This document shows, piece by piece, positions 29,391-42,603 of a stretch of DNA of 64,000 bases; positions within the stretch are counted from its first letter, which is position 1, and each line of letters starts with the position of its first letter. This DNA is from Octopus vulgaris (Eukaryota). The notes under the pieces are model-generated. The model did no database searches and was not told the origin of the DNA. It saw nothing but the letters and a program-made list of their open reading frames with translations. The DNA lies in NCBI GenBank assembly GCA_951406725.2, contig OX597820.1, forward strand, positions 18,352,001 through 18,416,000, given 5' to 3'. A program made the translations under genes and the position numbers.

Positions 29391-29786
29391 CTAGCAGTAT
29401 CGCCCGGCGTTGCTCGGGTTTGTAAGGGAAATAATTATATAAGCATTTTTAGAGATGTAAAGTATATTAGTCATCTCAATATGGCTAACCACAAAGGGAG
29501 GGGTGTTACTGTAGCTTTTTACGTTCTGAGATTTAATAATACATTTTTAGAGAGTTACTTCCCTTATATAATAGCAAAAAATGCATTAAAAATGGGAAAA
29601 AATGATGGTAAATTTTTTTTTAAATCGTAGACTCATTGTAGACGCGCACTAATACCCAGAAGGGCTCGATATGAATCATGACTATAAGATACCCGCTTTT
29701 GGTTACACTGCACCGCAAAATGTGGGAGTAGTTAGGAATCTAAATCGTAGGAGACAGACACACAACTTCACTTTTATATATAAAGA
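29391..29786 (-). mobile_element. Non-autonomous Helitron
   Basis: Minus strand begins a|TCTTTATATATAAAAG and ends acccgagcaacgccgggcgatactgCTAG|t (TC...CTAG ends, subterminal hairpin, A|T target). Confidence 0.85.
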
Positions 29787-29872
29787 TATATATATATATA
29801 CATTACTCTGTGTATGTTTGTACACACATACACTCACACACACATGCACTCACACACACATATTTATAAAGA

Positions 29873-30095
29873 TACGCAGGTAGTGCTGAGAGGTTCCTGA
29901 CTTTGGATAAAAGAAACATACAAGAGGACCAGTTACTTATGATTTTATTCAACATATTCCCCTCTCAGGTTCACACGCTTACTGCAGCAGTCCTTCAGTT
30001 TTTCTAAGCCCTGTAAAAGAACATGGATGGTTAGGCCTCCAACCATGCCTTTCATGATACCCTTAAAGCCAGGAACCTTTCAGCATCCCCTCATA
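29873..30095. mobile_element. mariner-type MITE (~220 bp)
   Basis: TA-flanked TIRs resembling ta-cgagggggtgctgaaaagttcctggcttt; homologous copies at 34365-34585 and partial at 31552-31627. Confidence 0.8.
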
Positions 30096-30305
30096 TTTAT
30101 GTCAGCAAAAACACTGAACCGCAAAAGAAATGCAAGATGTATGTGACTGTGGAATATATATTAATTTCATTATGCCAGAGATAAATTTTGATAAATCTGA
30201 TAAAGTCAACATCTTGGATGCACTTTGACCACAGTCTATGGGTCGTTGTCATATGTTCTGGTAGTGGGAAGATCCAGCACATTGAGATTGTAGGGCATGA
30301 TATAT

Positions 30306-30577
30306 TCAATACTGTGTATGCCCTCCCTAGGTGTTTAAAACGGCCATACACCATCAGTACATGGAGTGTATGAGGCAGTTCACAAAAGCTATTTGCACTT
30401 GTGCCCACACCATGAAGAAAGCTGCCTCTGGTTCCACATGAATTGTCAACCTTGGGACCACCTGGTTCAGTCATCTCTGAATTTCATCCCACAGGTGTTC
30501 AATTGGGTTCAAATCTGGGCTGAGAGCTGGCTGCAGTATGGTTCTGATGCTGTGCTGACACAGGATGTCCATGGTGA
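30306..30577 (-). pseudogene. Tc1-family transposase C-terminal remnant
   Basis: Translates ...QPALSPDLNPIEHLWDEIQR*LNQ...LIHSMY*WCMAVLNT*GGHTQY*, with the SPDLNPIE and GGHT.Y motifs and in-frame stops. The element end is probably near 30110. Confidence 0.9.
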
Positions 30578-30639
30578 CCCCGGCTGGTTTACAGCACAAA
30601 AGAAATCACTTTAAACTTGCTAAAATAATATCCGGGATG

Positions 30640-30933
30640 CCTTTGTCTCTACTAAGTATAGATACAGATGTGTTACCTAAGATTAATTTTCAGGATCTGA
30701 TCAAAGACTTTGCAATTCAAAAAAGTAGGAGGAAGCTTTTCAAATATAAATAAAGTGGAAATATACAAAAATAAACATTATTTTTCCCTCTCTTTATCTT
30801 TTGTTTCATTTTGAAAAATAAAAAAATTATTTTATGGTTTGTTATTGTTTATATTTTGAATTACATAATCTTTTATGGGGGCACCAAAATCTTCTATGTG
30901 CTTAGGGCCTTGATGGGTTTTAATCTGGCCCTG
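30640..30933 (+). mobile_element. hAT transposon 3' remnant (dimerization-domain end plus TIR)
   Basis: LSLLSIDTDVLPKINFQDLIKDFAIQKSRRKLF* resembles the hATC C-terminus; ends ttaatctggccctg. Confidence 0.7.
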
Positions 30934-31071
30934 TATGTAGAATATAGACAATATGTTTCATTAAGCTGTACACTGCTTTCAGATTTTGGCACAAGACCAG
31001 TGATTTCAGGGAAGGGTGTAACTTGATTACATCGACCCCAGAGTTCAACTGGTACTCATTCTATCAATGTG

Positions 31072-31445
31072 GAGGCGTAATAGCCTAGTGGTTAGGGCAG
31101 TGGACTCGTGGTCATAGGATCATGGTTTCGATTCCCAGACAGGGTGTTGCGAGTGTTTATTGAGCGAAAATACCTAAAGCCCCACAAGTCTCCAGCAGGG
31201 GGGTGGGCAAACCCTGTTGTGCACTTTCACCTCAACTTCCTCTCACTCTTTCTTCCTGTTTCTGTTGTACCTGTATTTCAAAGGGCCAGCCTTGTCACAC
31301 TATGTGTTACGCTGAATCTCCCCGAGAACAAAGTTAAAGGTACACGTGTCTGTGGAGTGCTCAGCCACTTGCATGTTAATTTCATAAGCAGGCTGTCTCA
31401 TTAATTAGATCAACTGGAACCCTCATCATAATCGATGGAGTGCCA
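31072..31445 (+). mobile_element. SINE with family B head and alternative tail, inserted into a family D copy
   Basis: Head matches 7197; tail matches the minus copy at 39875-40027/40447-40622; family D halves lie at 30978-31066 and 31455-31551. Confidence 0.7.
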
Positions 31446-32208
31446 TGAGTGTCATGATTCTATCACCCCTGAAAGGATGGAAGGCAGAATTTGAACTCAG
31501 AACATAAGGACAAAATGCTGCTGTTCTAATGATTCTGCCAGCTTGTCACCTTCCTGGCTTTAAGGGCATTACAAAAGGCCTGGTTGGAGGCCCAACTTTC
31601 GGAGTTCCCTTACAGGGCTTAGAAAAATAACTTAATAATGGTTTCAAAGCTTGGAACAAAGCCAGTAATTTCTGGAGTGGGGTAACTTGATTACATCAAC
31701 CCCAGTGGTCAACTGGTACTTATTTTATTTACTCAAAAAAAAAAGAGATGGCAAAGTCAAATCTGGCAGAATTTAAACTCAAAACATGGAGGAAATTCTG
31801 CTAAACATTTTGCCTAGCATGGTTATGATTGTACCAGCTTACAGACTTAGAATGAACTAAATAATGAAAATGTTTCTTGAATTGCAGAAACCCTCCAAAT
31901 TCTTGATTATTTTAGAATTAATTGAAAAGCATAGACAGTATGCTTCATTTAAAAGAGTTAATTACAGTAAAATATAGAGAATAGTGAAAAAAAAGAGGCT
32001 TCTTTTAATTTTCGTCTACTAAATCCACCCGCAAAACAGTGGTTGGCCAGGAGCTATAGTGGGATACATTTGCTCAAGGTGCCACACTGTGGGACCGAAC
32101 CCAAAATCCATATGGTTGGGAAGCAAGCTTCTTAACCACACAGCTATGCCATTTTGTTTTATCCTTTTCTTGCTAGCACATAGAAAAAGGGCATTTCAAA
32201 TAAGGTAC

Positions 32209-32286
<78 letters not shown>

Positions 32287-32680
32287 CACAAGTGGGGAAA
32301 ATAGAAATAAGCATTCTTGACTGCCATTTCTACTTTTTCGGTATGCGGCCAAGCAACCTGTTGCCTGTCCCTTTTTCTTATATAGAATATATATACTGAA
32401 CTTTACAGAAGTTCCTACCATTAATCGGCTATATTTACATACCGAATTCTACCAGTAAATAATTGTGGTCTTTTTTTAAAAACCATTATAGAAATTATTT
32501 ACTCTTATTATTATATTACTATATATATATATATATATATATATACATTACAGATATAGGGTAAAGAATTATTAATTTAATAATTAATAAATTTTAACAA
32601 GTTGTTTCAGTATGGAAAAAAAACAATTATCAGTAAAAACTTGTACAAAAAGTTTTTTTTTATATATAATTATAAATATG

Positions 32681-32838
32681 ATTAAGGGTTTAGCAACAAG
32701 TTGCTTCACTACATACCGAAAATTTAGAAATAGCAGCCAAAAGACAGCTAATTTGTAGTTAAAAGAATTAGTTGTCTTTTGGCTGCTATTTCTAAATTTT
32801 CGGTATGTGGTGAAACAACTTGTCGCTAAACCCTTAAT
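32681..32838. repeat. 73-bp-arm hairpin, same family as 1221-1285 and 46427-46558
   Basis: Arms 32681-32753/32766-32838 share ttttggctgctatttcta...cggtatgtgg...ctaaacccttaat. Confidence 0.85.
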
Positions 32839-32839
32839 T

Positions 32840-32881
<42 letters not shown>

Positions 32882-32902
32882 TACATATAAGTTAACAAGT
32901 TC

Positions 32903-32975
32903 GCAGCGTGGCCGAATGGTTAAGACGTTCGCTTGGCAACCTCGACGCCCCAGGGTCGATCCTAACGCCGGATCT
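32903..32975 (+). other. tRNA-like fragment (tRNA pseudogene or SINE head)
   Basis: TGGCCGAATGG A-box and GGGTCGATCC B-box at tRNA spacing; the acceptor stem does not close. Confidence 0.5.
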
Positions 32976-33266
32976 CTAGGATCTACATATATATATATAA
33001 TTTTTTTTATATAATAAAGGACAAAATCATTTATGATTTTACCAGGTAGTCAGTACGAAAATAGAAAAAACTTGCAAGTAAATTTTCTAAATACTATATT
33101 AATAATTATATACTTAATTATAATAAGGAATCAGAAAGATGCCTCCTTACATGGCTTTTAGCACCATTTGGCATCTATTTTCAGGATGTGGAGAGGCTTG
33201 TTTCCAATCCCTTGTTATAATTATGTATAGCATTATTAATATAGTATATATATATATATATACATA

Positions 33267-33675
33267 GGCGCAGGAGTGGCTGTGTGGTAAGTAGTTTGCT
33301 TACAAACCACATGGTTCCGGGTTCATTCCCACTGCGTGGCACCTTGGGCAAGTGTCTTCTACTATAGCCTCGGGCCGACCAAAGCCTTGCGAGTGGATTC
33401 GGTAGACGGAAACTGAAAGAAGCCCGTTGCATATATGTATATATATATGTATGTGTGTATATGTTTGTGTGTCTGTGTTTGTCCCCCCACCATTGCTTGA
33501 CAACCGATGCTGGTGTGTTTATGTCCCCGTAACTTAGCGGTTCAGCAAAAGAGACTGATAGAATAAGTACTAGGCTTACGAAGAATAAGTCCTGGGGTCG
33601 ATTTACTCGACTAGAAGGCGGTGCTCCAGCATGGCCACAGTCAAATAACTGAAACAAGTAAAAGAGAGTAAAAGA

Positions 33676-33677
<2 letters not shown>
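33267..33677 (+). mobile_element. SINE family A, young full-length copy
   Basis: Near-consensus with CpGs retained. Confidence 0.9.
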
Positions 33678-33725
<48 letters not shown>

Positions 33726-33747
33726 TAACATATATACATATATATAC

Positions 33748-33817
<70 letters not shown>

Positions 33818-34364
33818 TATGTCAACTGATGATAGAAGGAGAACAGTTTTAAGTTTCCCATGGTAACATGAACAAACAGGTGCTAAACAATTTGTTTTTT
33901 TTTCCTTTTTCGATATTTAAATGGTGAGAATGAAGTTCAATACAAAATAAAAGGAAGAAACCAATCAATAATTTGTTTTCAAATTTCAATGAAGGCTAAC
34001 ATTCAAGAAAAATAAAAAAAACGACATAATTTTAAAAATAGGTTCTGTTATTTTTAGTAAATAATATTGATTTCTACCAGACTAATTTTGGAGTCAATTG
34101 AATCCAGCTCAAAGGACAGATGGACTTATTCACATTTATTCCATCAATGCTCAATCAAGATTTGAACCTGAGACACAGAAAGGCAAGATTTATGGCTGTA
34201 AAGTATTTAGTTGGTACCTTGCTGCATGACAGTTCACAAGCTGTTGAGAGAACTTCTACCTAGCCATACACTGTGCTAGAAATAGCAGCCAAATCTCCCT
34301 CAAAATCACACCTTACCAACCTAATTGATAACAGATACATTGAATAATGTAGTCTTAGATATAT

Positions 34365-34585
34365 TACTAGGGGGTCCTGAAAAGTTCCTGGCTTTAAGGA
34401 TATCACAGAAGGCCTGGTTGGAGGCGCAACCTTCAGAGTTCTCTTACAGGGCTTAGTAAAACTGAAGGACTGCTGCAATAATTGTGTGACTCTGAGAGAG
34501 GAATATGTTCCATAAAATCATAATAAACTGATCCTTCTGTATTTTCTTTTACCCAAAGCCAGGGACTTTTCTGCATCTCCTCGTA
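34365..34585. mobile_element. mariner-type MITE
   Basis: TA-flanked TIRs; reverse orientation of 29873-30095. Confidence 0.8.
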
Positions 34586-34932
34586 CATCTAAAACAAAGA
34601 CAACAAAATCATTTCAAAGGGGGAGTCATAGCTGGAGCATCTTTGATCATATATCTCCTCAGGCAGCTTTTAATTACTCCATCCATTCCCACTCATGTTT
34701 GTGCCAGTGAGTGGTAGCTTCCCCTACTGTATTTTCAAGCATTTGTGTATTTTTTCTATTTTCTCAATGTCTGATTCCTTCTGAAAGATTTTGAGCAATA
34801 CAATAATCCTTTGACTATTGCAGGTGTTATGTTCCAACCCCACAACCCCCGTGATGGGTAAAATCCCACAAAGTAGAAACAGGGCTGTACAGTATATTTT
34901 TTTAATTATTTTTATAATTTACACATACAGTA

Positions 34933-35115
34933 GGTGCAGAAGTGGCTGTGTGGTAAGTAGCTTGCTTACCAACCAAATGGTTCTGGTTTCAGTCCTACTG
35001 TATGGCACCTTAGGCAAGTGTCTTCTACTATAGCCTCGGACCAACCAAAGCCTTTTGAGTGGATTTGGTAGACGGAACCTGTATGTATGTATGAGTGGAT
35101 TTGATAGACGGAACC

Positions 35116-35146
<31 letters not shown>

Positions 35147-35442
35147 TGTATGTATGTATGTGTGTATGTATGTATGTGTATGTATGTATGTATGTATGTA
35201 TGTATGTATGTTTGTATGTATGTTTGTATGTATTTGTATGTCTGTGTTTGTCTCTCTACAATTGTTTGACAACCGATGGTGGTGTGTTTATGTCGCCGTA
35301 ACTTAGTGGTTTGGCGAAGAAGCCTATAGAATAAGTACTAGGCTTACAAAGAATAAGTCCTGGGGTCAATTTGCTCGACTAAAGGCGGTGCTCCAGCATG
35401 GCCACAGTCAAATGACTGGAACAAGTAAAAGAATAAAAAGAA
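34933..35442 (+). mobile_element. SINE family A
   Basis: Head, (TATG)n, tail. Confidence 0.85.
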
Positions 35443-35740
35443 TATTTATTTAATTATAAATGCAAAACGACATGAAATACGAAGGCAAACTTGGGTATGC
35501 AAACAATGAGAGAAACATGGAAAAGAAACCAATTTAAAGAATGACCCACTCGAAATATGGAGTAGATGGACAGCCAACAACTGATGAAGGGTCATCCTTT
35601 ATGTTACTTGTCTTGTTTTCCATTTGTTTCTCTCGTTGTTCGCATACCCAAGTTTGCCTTCGTATTTCATGTTGTTTTCGTATTTCTTAATTCATGTTGT
35701 TTATGTTTTGTGACATCCTGTACCCATATATATATATATA

Positions 35741-36499
35741 TATTATATAGAGGGCATTACTATACATAAATGCCACACACTAGGAGGGACTCTTAAAGTC
35801 AAAACTACCAAACTAAATAAACACATCATACCGAAAGCGAGGGACTGCAACTCTCAAAGCTAGCCACTTAACAACAGAATTCGGCTGCAAATGACATGAT
35901 TTCATAATTAGTGCAGAAATGCACTTTTTAATCATCAGTGCACACATAATGAATGAATGAGGTTTTTCACACTAACTACTTGATAAATTCTTATAAAGAT
36001 TTTATCCCATTTTTAAATTGTAAATATATAATGAATGAACAAAAATCAGCATACTAGATGAACAACCAATGTATCCAACGTAGCATATAGAAATGTTCAC
36101 CCTTTATACATCTATGTAAATGGCGGGCTTTTATGAATTGCATCTCGGTATAACGTGTTTATTCAGAATAAAAATTCATTACTGAATATACTTCGGTTAA
36201 ATTTACAATTTAAAAATAGGATAAAACATTTATAAAAATTTATCAAGTAGTTAGCGTGAAAAACCTCATTCATTCATTATATATCTTGAATTATGCATGC
36301 ACTGACGATTAAAAAGTGCATTTCTGCACTAATTATGAAATCATGTGATTTGCAGCTGAATTCTGTTTTTAAGTGACTAACTTCGAGAGTTGAATTCCTT
36401 TGCTTTCGGTACGATGTGTTTATTTATTTTGGTAGTTTTAACTTTAAGAGTCCCTCCTAGTGTGTATCATTTATGTATAGTAATGCTCTCTGCATAATA
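35741..36499. mobile_element. Large foldback element, ~285-bp arms each carrying a hammerhead
   Basis: Arms 35741-36026/36201-36499; HHRs at 35886-35942 (-) and 36298-36354 (+). Confidence 0.8.
36298..36354 (+). ncRNA. Type I hammerhead, core intact
   Basis: tgca-CTGACGA-ttaaaaagtgca tttc tgcactaattat-GAAA-tcatgtga-TT-tgca. Confidence 0.6.
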
Positions 36500-36591
36500 T
36501 AAATAAATATATTTAAGAGAAAAATTGGTGGATTTTTCTCTTATGAGGTTCTCTTATGATGTTTTGCATTCTTGTCCCATTTTTGTATTCT

Positions 36592-36624
<33 letters not shown>

Positions 36625-37466
36625 TTCAGTTAGAAGCAGCTCTGCTCTGTTAATGTAGACATTATTGATGTTACTTACATACTTATTGTATGTGTTTTGT
36701 TTAAACTCTATGGGATTTCATCCAGGGAAGCATTTCCTGAAGAAGTTGAGTGTTAAAAACACTGAATACCTCAGAACTAGGCAAAAATGAATAACCCTGT
36801 AGATGAATCAAAACAGTAGAGATCAATATTTCAGTGTTATTTCAGCTCATCAGCACCGAACACTCGATGTCTTAAAAGGATATTCCTTGGATAAGATTCC
36901 ACAGTTAATAGGTGTTTAAACAAAATATACACTTTAAATATGTGACATCCATAATATATATATATCTATATGCAAAGGTAGCAAGCTGGTGGAATTGTTA
37001 GCATACCAGGCAAAATGCTAAGCAACATTTTGTCCATCTTCATCATCTGAGTTCAAATTCTGCTGAGGTTGGCTTTGCCTTTCGTCTTTTTGTAGTCAAT
37101 AGAATAAGTACCAGTTAAGCACTGGGGCTGATGTAATTGACTTACCCCACCAACCCCTGAAATTGCTGGCCTTGTGCCAATAATTTTAAGCCTATATTTT
37201 GTAGTTATTTCAGCTTTTCAGTACTGAACTTGACGTCTTAAAAAGACAGTTCTTGAACAAGAATCCCCAGCTAACAAGCATTGAAACAAAACACGTACTC
37301 AGAGCATGTGACATCAATAGTGTTTGTGTGTGAAACACTGCTTGAAATAAGAATCTTCTGCATTTCTGTCTCATAAATTAACGGTGCAACAAATTAAGAC
37401 GACAGCTCTTATTTCCTCCAACATAGATACCAGACTGTAAAAATATTTAAGTATTAAATTTTTAAA

Positions 37467-37850
37467 GCATAGGAGTGGCTGTGTGGTAAGTAGCTTGCTT
37501 ACCAACCACATGGTTCCAGGTTCAGTCCCACTGCGTTGGCACCTTGGGCATGTGTCTTCTGCCATTGCCTCAGGCCAACCAAAGCCTTGTGAGTGGATTT
37601 GGTAGACGGAAACTGAAAGAAGCCCATCGTATATATGTATATATATGTGTGTGTGTGAGTACCCCCAACATCGCTTGATAACCGATGCTGGTGTGTTTGC
37701 GCCCCCATAACTTAGTGGTTCGGCAAAAGAGACCGATAGAATAAGTACTAGTCTTACAAAGAATAAGTCCTGGGTTCGATTTGCTCCAGTAAAGGCGGTG
37801 CTCCAGCATGGCCGCAGTCAACTGACTGAAACAAGTAAAAGAGTAAAGAG
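37467..37850 (+). mobile_element. SINE family A
   Basis: Consensus match. Confidence 0.85.
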
Positions 37851-38427
37851 TATTGAGATCAAGATAATCAACTAAAACACTTCACTGCAATGCCCCAGCT
37901 TGGCCACAGTCCAATAACTTAGATAATTTAAAAGGAGTACATCACACAATGCTCTGCTCACTGTGCTACGTACAGTGCCTCACAAATGCAGTTGGCATTC
38001 AACCTGGCAACCGTTAGGTATTTCCTGTAAGATTCAAAATTTATTTTACAACAATAATAACTACAGCAGCAGCAGAGATGGTAACAACAGCAGCTGCTGC
38101 ATAAGTGACAGCAGTGACAGCAGCATCTGCGGCAGCAGCAGCAGTAATGTGGATGAGGAACTAAAGGGAAGCTGATGGTGTGAAGCATACTAACAACGAA
38201 AAATAGAAAGTGAATTCCAGTGCTGTGTCTGAAGACTTTGATAAGGATAATGTAAACAACTGCATATGGGTGAGTGTGTACATGTGTGTTGTGTGTGTGT
38301 GCGTATATACATACACACATGCACACACACACACCTGTATATATGAATGTATGTATATATGTATGTGTAAATATATATGTACATAAATACATATGTACAT
38401 CCACACATCTACACACACACATATATG

Positions 38428-38465
<38 letters not shown>

Positions 38466-38468
38466 AGT

Positions 38469-38720
38469 GGAGGCATGTGGCTTAGTGGTTAGGGTGTCAG
38501 AATCATGATCGTAAGATTGAGGTTTCGATTCCTGGACCAGGCAACACGTGTTCTTGAGCAAAACACTTCATTTCACATTACTCCAGTCCACTCAGCTGGC
38601 AAAAATGAGTAACGCTATGATGGACTGGCGCCCTGTCCAGCTGGGGAACACATATGCCATAGAAACCAGGAAACCAGGCCCCATGAGCCTGGCTAAGCTT
38701 TAAAAGGGCGCATTTATTTT
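38469..38720 (+). mobile_element. SINE family E (tRNA head, gttcttgagcaaaacactt core, ...ggctttaaaagggcgcattta tail)
   Basis: Homologous to the minus copy at 58600-58853. Confidence 0.8.
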
Positions 38721-38744
38721 ATAATATATATATATATACCTAGA

Positions 38745-39088
38745 TGCCAGTGCCACCTGACTGGTCCCGTGCTGGTGGCACGTAAAAAGCACCATTCAAG
38801 CATGATTGCTACTGGTGCCACCTGACTTGCTCCCATGCTGGTGGGATGTAAAAAGCACCATTTGAGCATGATCATTGTCAGTGCTGATTGACTGGCCCTC
38901 ATACCAGTGGCACGTAAAAAGCACCCACTACACTCTCGGAGTGATTGGCATTAGGAAAGGCCTCCAAATCAGATTGGAGCCTGATGCAGCCTTCTGGATT
39001 GCCAGTCTTCAGTCCAACTGCCCAACCCATGCCAGCATGGAAAGCAGATGTTAAATGATCATCATCATGATAATAATGATGATGATGG
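38745..39088 (+). mobile_element. SINE family C
   Basis: Three tandem units plus tail. Confidence 0.8.
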
Positions 39089-39097
39089 GGATATATG

Positions 39098-39146
<49 letters not shown>

Positions 39147-40027
39147 GTGTGGAAGTGTGGTTAGAAGCTTGTTTCCCAACCACATGGTTCTGGGTTCAAT
39201 CCCATGGTATGGTACCTTGGGCAAGTGTCTTCTACTATAGCCCCAGGTTGACTGAAGCCTTGTAAGTGGATTTGATAGATGGAGACTGAAAGGTTTCCAG
39301 CACACCTCTTTCTTGTTAAACCCCCACCTTTTTCTAGGTAACCATGTACTCCCCTTCAGCAGCACACCTCTTTCTGCCCTCATTCTTGTTAACTCTCACT
39401 CTCTTTCTCTCTCTCTTTCTCTCTTTCTCTCTCTCTTTCTCTCTCTCAGGTACACACACACATTCACACACACAAGCACACACACACACACTCACTCACA
39501 CACACATGCGCATGCACATACACACACATGTACACACACATATGCATGCACATACACACCCATGCACACACACATACACACATACACACATGCACACACA
39601 CACACACATACATGATGGCCTTCCACACAGTTTCTGTTCATCGAATTCACCCACAAGTTATTAGTTGTCCTAGGGATACAGTAGAAGACACCTATCCAAG
39701 GTGACACACAATGGGATTGAACCCAAAGCTACATGGTTGCAAAGGGTGCTTCTTAACCACACAACCATAACCGATAGAAGTTGCAACAACTCTTCAGTCC
39801 TGTTTGAGAAAGATTCACCAATTCCAGTAGCATCATAGAATACACCTGGGTCATGGAGCGAAAAAGGAAGGAGCTCTCCGTCGGTTATGATGACGAGGGT
39901 CCCAGCTGATATGATCAACAGAGCAGCTTGCTCGTGAAATTAACGTGCAAGTAGCTGAGCACTCCACAGACGTATGTACCCTTAACGTAGCTCTCAGGCA
40001 GATTCAGCATGACACACAGTGTGACAA

Positions 40028-40446
40028 GGTGGCGAGCTGGCAGAAATGTTAGCACGCCGGGCGAAATGCTTAGCAGTATTTCATCTGCCGTTACGTTCTG
40101 AGTTCAAATTCCGCCCAGGTCGACTTTGCCTTTCATCCTTTCGGGGTCAATGAATTAAGTACCAGTTACGCACTGGCGTCGATATAATCGACTTAATCTG
40201 TTTGTCTGTCCTTGTTTGTCATCTCTGTGTTTAGCCCTTTGTGGTTAGTAAAGAAATAGGTATTTCGTCTGCCGTTACATTCTGAGTTCAAATTACACTG
40301 AGGTTGACTTTGTCTTTCATCCTTTTGGGGTCGATAAACTAAGTACCAGTTATGCACTGGGGTCGATGTAATCGACTTAATTCGTTTGTCTGTCCTTGTT
40401 TGTCCCCTCTGTGTTTAGCCCCTTATGGGCAATAAAAAAATGACAA
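40028..40446 (+). mobile_element. SINE family D dimer inserted in an older SINE, 10-bp TSD
   Basis: agtgtgacaa at 40018-40027 and 40447-40456. Confidence 0.85.
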
Positions 40447-41496
40447 AGTGTGACAAAGCCGGCCCTTTGAAATACAGGTACTGCTACTGCTTATTTTTGC
40501 CAGCTGAGTGAACTGGAGCAACAAAATAAAGTGTCTTGCTGAAGGACACAATGCATCGCTGGGAATTGAACTCATGGCCTTATGATCGTGAGTCAAATGC
40601 CCTAACCACTAAGCCATATGCCTTTACTTTATACTGTAAGACACAATAACAAACAGCTCATGATCGTAAGGTTATGAGTTCAATTCCCGGCAACACGTCG
40701 TGTCCTTAAGCAAGACACTTTGTTTCACATTGCTTCAGTCCACTCAGGTGGCAAAAATGAGTAGTACCTGTATTTCGAAGGGCCGGACAGGTGGCATGTA
40801 TCACAGATGTGGCATGGTGACGCATGAGCAATCTGACTGTCCAACTGATGCCAACATAGAAAAACAAATGAGGCACACACTCAAGTGTGTGTGTGAGTGT
40901 GGGTGTGGAGAGAGAGAGAGAGAGAAAGAAAGAGAGAGACACGAAGAGGATTAGATGTGGGTCATGCATACATACCTATTGGTGAGTCTGCCTGTATGTG
41001 GGGAAAAAAAAAAACCCAAGCTCAAAGAATCCTTAAAGCTGAGTTATCTAACTGAATGAACTAAATCTGAGGAAGAAAGAAATTTTACCCAAATGAAAAT
41101 ATTTAAATCAATTTAGAAATGAAGCCAGCATTTGCTTCATTTTGTTTTGTTATTTTAAAAATTTTTTTATTTTTATTTTTTTTTAAATTGTACTTTATAA
41201 TATTATATTTTTCATTTTATCGTCTCTAAGAGCAAATTTCTGCAGTAAAATATAACACACTGATCTATCAAATAAAATCTATATCAGAAATTTAATTGGT
41301 GGTAAAAATTTCAGAGGATTGCAATCCCTTTGGGGACAAAATATTCTATTTTAAGTAGTTTAAAACAAAAAAAACCAAAAACATTTCTTTTAATCTTAGT
41401 TATAATTTTTTTTTTTTTTTTTGACAATTTTTGACAATTTCTTTTTGTGTTGTCATTGGTGACTCCATTATCAACAAGAATATCAGCCCTCTAACA

Positions 41497-41497
41497 A

Positions 41498-41570
<73 letters not shown>

Positions 41571-41574
41571 GTCC

Positions 41575-41606
<32 letters not shown>

Positions 41607-41611
41607 TCATT

Positions 41612-41708
<97 letters not shown>

Positions 41709-41719
41709 TCGTCCTCATT

Positions 41720-41752
<33 letters not shown>

Positions 41753-41810
41753 GTCGTCGTCGTCATCGTCATCATCATCAGCAGCAGCAGCAGCAACAGC
41801 AGCAGTCATG
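41497..41810. repeat. (ATC)n with (CAG)n end
   Basis: Direct inspection. Confidence 0.95.
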
Positions 41811-41962
41811 TTAGCATCGTCACCATCACCATAGAGATCGTTGCTGTCCTCATCATCATTATCACTAAAATTATCCCTTCCATAGCCTCTAACAAATTTT
41901 GCCTCTAATCGCTTCATGTTTATTATAATTCTTTAACGCTCTGGTGTATACACACACACATT

Positions 41963-42003
<41 letters not shown>

Positions 42004-42225
42004 AACGAAGAAAGATAGAGAGAAACAAAGATATATTTTTATGTATAGGTGTGCATATGTATATATCTAACACAATAAATGTGAAAACTAATTTCTGTGT
42101 GTCAGTGTGTCACACTTAGACTCCTTCTCTCTCTATTCAATGACACTCCTACTATTCCTCATGATGGGGTGAGAGTAATAGTGGACATAGAGATGGTGAG
42201 GGTGGTGGCAAAGAGAGAGAGAGAG

Positions 42226-42260
<35 letters not shown>

Positions 42261-42521
42261 AAAAGAGTGGAAGAGAAAGAGAGACAAAGAAATTTAGGGA
42301 GAGTTGACAATGTTTTATTAAAAGTAGTAGTGTTGATGGTGGCAGTGGGAGTAGTAATAAAAGAGAAAGAAAGAGTGGATATGTGAGAGAAAGAGGGAGA
42401 TGATGTACAACTTTGTTTAACCATGCCTCTCTTTGACAGAAATTCCTGTCACCAACATACTGAACACTATCATTTTTGTTTTATTTTTGATTTCTTTAAT
42501 ACACACACACACATATACATA

Positions 42522-42563
<42 letters not shown>

Positions 42564-42572
42564 CATAAACAA

Positions 42573-42603
<31 letters not shown>

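Noticed and set aside
33181-33759. 192-aa ORF with recurring PNPL..LWSARGYSRRHLPKVP peptide
   Set aside because: Antisense translation of SINE A, seen in many copies
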